Source: an uncultured virus (IMG/VR IMGVR_UViG_3300012277_000001) (Duplodnaviria > Heunggongvirae > Uroviricota > Caudoviricetes). From it: a DNA stretch of 64,000 bases. The stretch covers positions 62,001 to 126,000 of IMG/VR virus record IMGVR_UViG_3300012277_000001. One strand, 5' to 3'. This document shows, piece by piece, positions 57,201-64,000 of this stretch (the stretch's first letter is position 1; each line of letters starts with the position of its first letter). The notes below the pieces were generated by a model, which searched no databases, was not told where the DNA came from, and saw nothing but the letters and a program-made list of their open reading frames with translations. A program made the position numbers and the translations under genes.

Positions 57201-57278
57201 TATAATTCCTCTACGACGCGTCCGTCCTATAATTGAGGCCGGATTTTTAGGCCCGGCGTATACAATCAAATTACCGTT

Positions 57279-60020
57279 TTAGTAACCGGCATCGTCTTTG
57301 TAACCTTCGTGTGCATCGGAAAAATCCTGATACTTTTCTTTCAGGTATTCCTGCTTCTCTTCGATATCGGACATGTGTTCTTGGATATCTTCCTCTGAAA
57401 TGTTTGGCGTCACATAACCAAAGCTGAAATCATCCGGATCGTGTTCGTCAGGATCGCCGAGGAACGTCACAATTTGCCGCATGGCCTGAAGACACTTGGC
57501 ACCCTGATCAACCAGTTTAATGTTGAGGCTTTCGACTTTTTCGCGTGCAGCTTCGCGAGCGTCTACATACGCCTCTTCGTAATCCGGATGGTCAGCATCC
57601 ATCGCAGGTTCGACCATGTTTTCGTTAATCCATTCGTCTTCTTCTAGGGTCGGCGGTGGATCAAGGTTGTCGGCCATATACTCCAATGAAGTAAGGATGG
57701 TTTCAACCGACGCCAGTTTCGCCAATTCCTTCAAGATCAAGCGGTGGTTCTGAATCAAAACTTCTTGCGGCAGTGTGTACAAAGATTCAGGTGCCGACGA
57801 CATGAGCAACGGCATATCGTTTGTCACGTCCACCGATTCTTCGCCGATGCGAATCTTGCTCAAACAACTGGCAAGATTATTAAATGCGCCATTGCGGTTG
57901 TTACGGCTGGTGCGCTGCGTGTAAATTTCCGCGAGCTTGGCGTTCGATACCTCTTCGATTTCGAACTTATTCGCCAAGCTTTTCGGGTGCGGCAACAGCT
58001 TGCAAGCGGCCTGCGCAACTTGCAGCACGAATTCGATATCCTGATTACCGGGTTCCAGTTTTGGACCATCGTAAGCCAACAACGTCGGCATAACCTGATT
58101 CAGGAACACATGCACTTCGGATTTGAAAAGCGTGGTTTCCGAATACAGGTGCATGAAACTCTTCATCGAGAATTTCACGAATTCCTTGAGGTGGTCGAGG
58201 GTCCAGCCACCACGCAGTTCTTGGCTGAATGCTTCAACCAAATCATCATCTTCCTCAAGCCACTTTCGGACCGCATCGAATGTGTGTTTGAATTGTTGGG
58301 CCTGATAAGGCTGGGTCACGACAATTTTCAAGATTTCCATCTTGATATCCGACATGAAACGCTGGGCCTTTCCGTCATTGATCGAATCAAATGCTTTGAA
58401 TGCTCGGCGCCCTGCCAGCATGTAGACAGCTTTTGCCGGTTGAATTGCGTACCAGTCATCGGCGCTGGTGTAGACCGCGTTATCCAGCAAATAACACAGA
58501 AGCAATTCAGGATGTTCGGTTTTTTCCAGCAACTCTACCAAGTGCGGCCCGCGTTCCTTTTTACCATCCTTGTCGATATGGTCGAGGATTTCGTAGGCTG
58601 CTTCCTGATAAACGTTCTTGCCCATCAAAGGCATGTAACGGGCGGCGCTGGCAATGGTGTGTAGCGTATCGCGCAGCTTTGGCATTTCGTCCAAAACTTC
58701 TTTGGACGGAACCGGGATTTTACCCGACAGAATTTCGTTAACGGCCCATGCCCCATCGAACACATGATCGTCTTCTGAAGGTTCTGCGATGAACGCCAGC
58801 TGCTTGAATGCGCTTACGTTTCCGGAGCGTGCAAATTTAATTGCGTTATCCGAACGCAGGTATTCGTGGTTAATGCCGTCGAGTCGATGCAGCGCCCCCG
58901 ATTTGCGCGCCACGTAACCGAGGCTAGCGCTCATGTCGCGGGTCAGTGCAGACGTTTGCATTTCGCTTTTGACAAATTCGCTGTCTTTGACCATTTCTAC
59001 AATGGCTTTCAGTTGCCCTTTCTTGAGTCCGTGCGCTTGTTCCAGATAGGACACGATGCCAATGGAGGCGCCGCGCCCCTCTTCGGAAATGCTACCCGGA
59101 GCATCCTTTTCTAGGGCTTCACCTTTGTGGACTTTCTCCATCAGCTGTCGTACGAATTCTTCGGCCTGCGTCAGGTCGTCCAATGCGTCTTCGAATGTGA
59201 TTTCGTTTGGATCGGATGGTGTGTGGTGTGCATGGCGGTCGCCCGAATCATCGTACAGTTTCGGATTCAAAGTGTACGCGCCAGCCTTCGCCTTTTCGTT
59301 CAGGCGGGCAATGAATTGCTTCAGCGTGCGATCAAAACCGGGAACAGGGTTGCCGTAAATGCGGGATTCGCGGCGATACAAAACGTCCTCTTCGCCGTCG
59401 TCACTCAGGAACGGTTTCACCAAGCAACGACACAGCGGTTTTTGAATGTTCAGGTCATTGGAACGGATGGCATAAACCACAAACGTTCCTTCGGCTACGT
59501 CTTCCGCCACGTGGCGGTTGTATTGGCCGGGATTCCCACGGTTTACAACACCGTCATCGAGGCGCATGCAGCTTTGGCGATCCCAATCACGGCCCGTGCT
59601 CATGCCGATGATATCGTACGGGTGACAGCTGATAACCATCTGCACCAAATCAGCAGAGCTATTCTGCAATTGTGGATCGTTGTCGAATGCCTGTTTCGCC
59701 AACGCATCTTTGGCGATCACCTTGCCGATGTTGTAAACGTTTTTCTGTTCCTTATCGTCGATCTTGACGCACTTTTTAGCCAGATAATCCGTGGCCATGT
59801 AGCCCGCTTTTTTCAAAGCATGACGCACAGCTGGCGGAATGGTGAAGCTGTGTTTCTGCGGCTTACCGATTGGAACATACAGGCGATAACCTTTCTTGCC
59901 CGGCCCATGAGGCATCATGGATTGCAAGGCCTTCACAGCCGGGGAATTGCGGTTCCAATTACGGCGGTATTTCAATGCCGTGCGCATCGACACGGCGGCA
60001 ACTGCCAATTCAAGTTTCAT
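57279..60020 (-). CDS. large leader-bearing protein, 913 aa, acidic C-terminus; paralogue of 60030-61958
   Basis: Starts MKLELAVAA; SCHPYDIIGMSTGRDWDRQSCMRLD. Confidence 0.85.
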   Translation of the reverse strand: MKLELAVAAVSMRTALKYRRNWNRNSPAVKALQSMMPHGPGKKGYRLYVPIGKPQKHSFTIPPAVRHALKKAGYMATDYLAKKCVKIDDKEQKNVYNIGKVIAKDALAKQAFDNDPQLQNSSADLVQMVISCHPYDIIGMSTGRDWDRQSCMRLDDGVVNRGNPGQYNRHVAEDVAEGTFVVYAIRSNDLNIQKPLCRCLVKPFLSDDGEEDVLYRRESRIYGNPVPGFDRTLKQFIARLNEKAKAGAYTLNPKLYDDSGDRHAHHTPSDPNEITFEDALDDLTQAEEFVRQLMEKVHKGEALEKDAPGSISEEGRGASIGIVSYLEQAHGLKKGQLKAIVEMVKDSEFVKSEMQTSALTRDMSASLGYVARKSGALHRLDGINHEYLRSDNAIKFARSGNVSAFKQLAFIAEPSEDDHVFDGAWAVNEILSGKIPVPSKEVLDEMPKLRDTLHTIASAARYMPLMGKNVYQEAAYEILDHIDKDGKKERGPHLVELLEKTEHPELLLCYLLDNAVYTSADDWYAIQPAKAVYMLAGRRAFKAFDSINDGKAQRFMSDIKMEILKIVVTQPYQAQQFKHTFDAVRKWLEEDDDLVEAFSQELRGGWTLDHLKEFVKFSMKSFMHLYSETTLFKSEVHVFLNQVMPTLLAYDGPKLEPGNQDIEFVLQVAQAACKLLPHPKSLANKFEIEEVSNAKLAEIYTQRTSRNNRNGAFNNLASCLSKIRIGEESVDVTNDMPLLMSSAPESLYTLPQEVLIQNHRLILKELAKLASVETILTSLEYMADNLDPPPTLEEDEWINENMVEPAMDADHPDYEEAYVDAREAAREKVESLNIKLVDQGAKCLQAMRQIVTFLGDPDEHDPDDFSFGYVTPNISEEDIQEHMSDIEEKQEYLKEKYQDFSDAHEGYKDDAGY

Positions 60021-60029
60021 GTTTTGTTC

Positions 60030-61958
60030 TCAGTGAAAGCCGTCGTTTTCGGGCGCCGGTTGGAATTCCAGATCGTCAAGGTCGCCCAGTTCATCCATGA
60101 GGGCGTCTAAATCTTTTTCATGCTGTTCGGCAGATTCGAGATAGTGCTTTGCCCAGTTCTCCAGCAGCGAAGGGTATGGACCCGGATTCTGCTTAGCAAT
60201 CTTGACCATGAGACTTTTCGTCCACGGGAAATCTCGCAAATACATGGAAGGGCCGAGGCCATTAGTCTGCGCATCTTGGCGAAGACGCAAACCAAGAACC
60301 GTGTTGAAATCCTGTGTGTTGACTTTCATCATGTTTTCGAAAACATGTTTATCGGTCAGTATCATGCGGTTGGCATCAACGACAATCGACATGTCGGCAG
60401 CTGGCCATGATTTGTCCACCGCGCAAAGCAGGGCGCGCCCATCCTCGGCACAGTAACGGTTGAACAAGACGGTATAACCCGCGTCTTGCAGGAAGTTGTA
60501 GATGCTTTCGTCGTAATAGAAATCGACTGGCATTTTCTTCGCAAGTTTCAACGAATTTTGCTGCACGTTGTGGTTATGGATGGTCTTCGACTGGTTCAGC
60601 ATCTTGCACAGCATACCGACCTGTTGACGCAACTGCACGGACCCTACGAATTTCGACTTCGCGAGTTCTGGTGTGAACTTGTACATGCCAGACAGGAACC
60701 CACGCCAAACAAGGCCCACATCACGTGCAGGAATTTCGTCGTTGATTACCGACAGCCAACGAGAATCAAACGGTGCTGCTTTGTTAATGCAGAACTGATA
60801 GTTGTCACCTTCGGTATCGTCATGCAGCGACCAATCGTACATTTCGCGTACGACACTTTGCAGCTTATTCGATTTCTTGACCAGTTCATCGCGCCACGCG
60901 AGAGGCGCCAGAACTTCGACCAGATCCAACAAAACGCCATCTTCCAAATGCTTGTCGATATAGGAACCAAATTGCCGTGCCGTAATCTGCTTGCGGTTCT
61001 CGCCATAAAGTGTGCTGATTTGGTAAGCGGCTTCGCCTTCGTCACCGTTGTAAATGTTGAGTGCATTTTCCATGAACACGCCGAGCCAGCGCTTGTCCTC
61101 CATCAGGAATTGACGCAGGCGAGGTTCATTGAGTTTCAGACTACGCAGCAAGTTGACTTTATCTTCGATTTCGTCGAATTTACCGACAATGTGATCGGTG
61201 CCCTGCCCATCGTTATACAGGCCGTCGATCAAGTGGTACATGCCGGAAACGGCCCCTGCGTTCACCTTGCGCAGCCAGCGAGAAAGTGTTTCCTCGAAAC
61301 CGGGAATCGGCGTGCCGTAGACTTTGGAACCAATGCGGAAAAGAATGTGCCCGTTTGGACCCACGAAAGGTTTGATCAGCAGGCGCGCATGAGGCTTGTT
61401 GATATTGGTATCTTTCGGCGAGATTGCGTAAGCAACCAACGTGCCTTCGGCGATATCGTTTTTGACGATGTGCTGGTTAATACCGCCCCGCGATTTGCCC
61501 GGCTGATCCAGACGCATACAGCTGGTTTGGTCCCAACGGCGCCCAGTGCTCATGGCCAGAACGTCGTACGGGTGGCACGAAACCACGCACGTGAAATCAT
61601 CTTTGTGTGCGGCGCGTTGCGGGTCGTTCATGAACTCTTTCAGAAGTTCGGCATCTTTCAGCAATTTGCCGATACGCATTTGGCGCTTACCTGTCGAGTC
61701 AACGGCGATACCTAGCACGTAATCGTCAACCGTATAACCCTTGCTGGTCAGGGCCATGGTGATCTTTTCCGGAACCGTGATTTTGGTCTTAACCGGCTTG
61801 ATCGGCATGTACAGGCGATAAGCGTTTTTCTTCCGCTTTTTGTTCTTTGGCAGGAAGCGCTGGATTACCTGCACACCCAGCCCGTTTTTGTTCCAGTTTT
61901 TCATCAAGGGCCGGGCCACACTCAAGGGCACAGCAGCCAGCGCCAATTGCATTTCCAT
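60030..61958 (-). CDS. large leader-bearing protein, 642 aa; paralogue of 57279-60020
   Basis: Starts MEMQLALAA; SCHPYDVLAMSTGRRWDQTSCMRLD. Confidence 0.85.
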   Translation of the reverse strand: MEMQLALAAVPLSVARPLMKNWNKNGLGVQVIQRFLPKNKKRKKNAYRLYMPIKPVKTKITVPEKITMALTSKGYTVDDYVLGIAVDSTGKRQMRIGKLLKDAELLKEFMNDPQRAAHKDDFTCVVSCHPYDVLAMSTGRRWDQTSCMRLDQPGKSRGGINQHIVKNDIAEGTLVAYAISPKDTNINKPHARLLIKPFVGPNGHILFRIGSKVYGTPIPGFEETLSRWLRKVNAGAVSGMYHLIDGLYNDGQGTDHIVGKFDEIEDKVNLLRSLKLNEPRLRQFLMEDKRWLGVFMENALNIYNGDEGEAAYQISTLYGENRKQITARQFGSYIDKHLEDGVLLDLVEVLAPLAWRDELVKKSNKLQSVVREMYDWSLHDDTEGDNYQFCINKAAPFDSRWLSVINDEIPARDVGLVWRGFLSGMYKFTPELAKSKFVGSVQLRQQVGMLCKMLNQSKTIHNHNVQQNSLKLAKKMPVDFYYDESIYNFLQDAGYTVLFNRYCAEDGRALLCAVDKSWPAADMSIVVDANRMILTDKHVFENMMKVNTQDFNTVLGLRLRQDAQTNGLGPSMYLRDFPWTKSLMVKIAKQNPGPYPSLLENWAKHYLESAEQHEKDLDALMDELGDLDDLEFQPAPENDGFH

Positions 61959-62485
61959 TATTTCAATAGCTCCAAAAAGAGTTTGATCAGCGGACCATTA
62001 CCTTTGCCCATCCACTCTACGGTGAATTGCTCCGCCAACCATTCGGTTTCGTTTTTCGCTGCATATTCGCTCGGATTTCCAAGCTTTTTGCGCAGGTCAC
62101 GAAGGGTCGATTTGTAGTGGCCCCACGCATCGTCGTCGTGTCCGCATTCGTGAGCGATTGTCGCGTGTATGCAATGTCCGTATTCGTGGACGATCAACGC
62201 GTCAAAGGCTTCGTGTGGGCCGTCGTGCACCACAAACCCCGGAGGATTAGCCTTGCCACATTCGCGCTGTGCATCGGCCACCGTGCCACGTGTAAACGCG
62301 GTTGTCAGACGAATCTTTCTGGTTTCCCGGTCGAATTCGGAGGTCAGCCGGTCGGTGTATTCCACACCTTTCAAAAACTTCGCAGCTTTCGGAAAAATTA
62401 AACCCAAAGATGCCAGCTTCTTCTTAACGTGCTTGGCAACTTCCGGCGATACGTCAGTTGAGGCCATCGCCAGCATCATTTCCAT
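61958..62485 (-). CDS. leader-bearing zincin-like metallopeptidase, 175 aa
   Basis: True start at TGATG overlap (MEMMLAMAS); IVHEYGHCIH and SEYAAKNETEWLAEQF. Confidence 0.8.
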   Translation of the reverse strand: MEMMLAMASTDVSPEVAKHVKKKLASLGLIFPKAAKFLKGVEYTDRLTSEFDRETRKIRLTTAFTRGTVADAQRECGKANPPGFVVHDGPHEAFDALIVHEYGHCIHATIAHECGHDDDAWGHYKSTLRDLRKKLGNPSEYAAKNETEWLAEQFTVEWMGKGNGPLIKLFLELLK

Positions 62486-62874
62486 CAGCTGAAATCCTTC
62501 GCAGGCTTGTAGACCATGAGCAAACTGCCCCATTCGTCTTTGAACAATTTCTTGGTTTCTTCCAACGAGGCCTTGAGATTCAACGCCGGGCGGAAACCGT
62601 TTTTGTAGAACACATGCAGCGAAGCGACACTGGATACCTGCGCCCCGATATCGCTTTTGTATTTCCGCACAATTCCCTTCAATAGGAAATCGCCGTGGCC
62701 TTGGCCTCGATGTTGTTCGTCGATCACGTAATCGGTAACGCTGTGTTTGCACGGCGAGAATTCCCCGCCAGTGCGCACGCAAATGTAACCAAACTCGGAA
62801 CGGAATTCCGTACCAAAATGCTCGCCCCGATCCGTGATTTTAATCGAGGCGGCCAGCGCCAATTGCATTTCCAT
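62485..62874 (-). CDS. leader-bearing GNAT acetyltransferase, 129 aa
   Basis: Starts MEMQLALAA; IDEQHRGQGHGDFLL motif A; FYKNGF motif B. Confidence 0.85.
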   Translation of the reverse strand: MEMQLALAASIKITDRGEHFGTEFRSEFGYICVRTGGEFSPCKHSVTDYVIDEQHRGQGHGDFLLKGIVRKYKSDIGAQVSSVASLHVFYKNGFRPALNLKASLEETKKLFKDEWGSLLMVYKPAKDFS

Positions 62875-62879
62875 TTCTT

Positions 62880-63797
62880 TTACTCCAAACCGTGCAGTTC
62901 GCGCTCTTCGCTAGTCATCCAACGCTTGCGCACATAATCCAAGAATCCTTTAGTGTCAACACGCAATTTACGTTTAACACGTTTGAGTTTCTCAAGGAAT
63001 TGCAAATCAGAACCCTCTCGGGCCGCATCTAACAGCCGGTTGAAGTCGCGCACAGCTTGGCTACCAACGTCCCACGTGTTTATCAGGTGTTTAATTTGGC
63101 GAGCAACACGGTCCCGATTTTTCTGCTCTTCCTTTGTGCGGGCGCCTTTCAGGTACTGTGTGTAGTGTGCTTCGCTGCCCTTGAAGACGATTTGTGACGC
63201 CACGTACCAAGCTTCCAACTCACCCGTACTGTAGGGCTGGAAAACCTTCTGCCCGAACTTACGTTTCTTTTTGTCCGAGACTTCCAGCTTGATTTTCTTG
63301 CGTTTATCGAGGTTCATAAACGCATTTATATCGGCGTACTGGAACAGTTCTATACCGTTCCTTTTTGCAAGCAATGCCAGCGTAAGTGAATCGTTGGATT
63401 TGAATTTACCACTCTCTTTCATAAAGTGGATTTCTTTCACGTACCGGATGCACGGGATGTACATTTTGTTTGAGAACAGTCGATCTTCTTTTTCGTCATT
63501 GTCCACATACTTTTGATCGGCCCAGTAATCAACGGCTTTGATCTTATAGTTCGCGTTCATCTTCTGCCCGTCGAGCACAAAGATAACGTGAGTACCACCA
63601 GCCTCATTCCTGAAGTAATCGGAATGCTTGGAGCGGGCAAGGCTCAGAAAATATTGAGCATCGCCGAATCCTGATTCAACGCCTTCGTTGGTGGCTGCCA
63701 ACTTGAACTTATCGTTCTTCAGCGCAGTAATTGCGTGCTCCATCAGGATCAAGTGATAGAGCACACTGGAACCGGCCAGCGCCAGCATCATTTCCAT
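62880..63797 (-). CDS. leader-bearing ADP-ribosyltransferase-fold candidate, 305 aa
   Basis: Starts MEMMLALAG; LYH, FLSLAR, IFVLD and EKEDR in the order expected for an ART core. Confidence 0.6.
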   Translation of the reverse strand: MEMMLALAGSSVLYHLILMEHAITALKNDKFKLAATNEGVESGFGDAQYFLSLARSKHSDYFRNEAGGTHVIFVLDGQKMNANYKIKAVDYWADQKYVDNDEKEDRLFSNKMYIPCIRYVKEIHFMKESGKFKSNDSLTLALLAKRNGIELFQYADINAFMNLDKRKKIKLEVSDKKKRKFGQKVFQPYSTGELEAWYVASQIVFKGSEAHYTQYLKGARTKEEQKNRDRVARQIKHLINTWDVGSQAVRDFNRLLDAAREGSDLQFLEKLKRVKRKLRVDTKGFLDYVRKRWMTSEERELHGLE

Positions 63798-63998
63798 TTA
63801 ACGTTTCCTTGCGGCGCGGGCCGTAGCCATGGCGGCGCGTTTGAATTGCGCCAGTTTACGTTGAGCCATCTGCAATTGACGACCAATGACCGCCAATTGG
63901 GAATCGCTCAAATGTTCTTGGTTATACTGCTTCTTCAGCCGTTCAATTTCTGCACGGAGTTGTGCAACGTGCGAACGGTAGGCATCGGCGCCTGAAAC
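63798..63998 (-). CDS. 3' end of a gene entering from beyond the window (basic coiled coil ...MATARAARKR)
   Basis: Open frame to TAA immediately abutting next ATG. Confidence 0.75.
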   Translation of the reverse strand, partial: VSGADAYRSHVAQLRAEIERLKKQYNQEHLSDSQLAVIGRQLQMAQRKLAQFKRAAMATARAARKR

Positions 63999-64000
63999 TT

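Noticed and set aside
62486..62782. N-terminal extension of the 274-aa ORF
   Set aside because: It overlaps the GNAT gene out of frame; the real start is the TGATG-coupled leader ATG at 62485.
56554..63797. Leader interpreted as Sec/lipoprotein signal peptide
   Set aside because: No real basic n-region, only ~6 hydrophobic residues, no lipobox Cys, and the cargo looks cytoplasmic.
1..64000. tRNA, rRNA, integrase, transposase or diversity-generating retroelement
   Set aside because: No cloverleaf, recombinase, reverse transcriptase or adenine-specific TR/VR repeat pair recognised by eye; a tRNAscan/Infernal run would be needed to exclude small RNAs.

Overview
This is a 64-kb segment of a large lytic myovirus (jumbo phage); I see no host chromosomal genes, tRNAs, CRISPR arrays or integrase. 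Gene content resembles the 'hairy' jumbo myoviruses of Proteobacteria (Lu11/PaBG/RSL1/Y3-like); this is an inference, not a search result. There are four transcription blocks. (1) 1-7.6 kb (+): small, translationally coupled, mostly hypothetical genes. (2) 7.7-47.3 kb (-): a virion and lysis block with a PAAR spike tip, gp25/gp6-like baseplate wedge proteins, an Ig-repeat baseplate protein, four collagen-like fibre proteins, PA14/Calx-beta/lectin adhesins, paralogous fibre proteins, and holin, spanin and M15 endolysin candidates. (3) 47.5-54.6 kb (+): thyA, DHFR, a P-loop kinase, small proteins resembling capsid A-domain fragments, and a sigma70-driven paralogue cassette. (4) 54.9-64 kb (-): basic proteins plus seven consecutive genes whose largely unrelated products share an N-terminal 9-residue leader, M-E/K-M/L-x-L/I-A/S-L/V/M-A. 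Their cargo includes an ADP-ribosyltransferase-like protein, a GNAT acetyltransferase, an HExxH metallopeptidase and two large paralogues. The strongest candidate for an undescribed system is this leader-tagged array, read as capsid-packaged, injected effectors. Other signals: a terminator family with a conserved internal mismatch, helically periodic GC-patch DNA at both convergent junctions, Calx-beta domains split by lectin inserts, an atypical lysis cassette and a candidate late promoter TAATTT.
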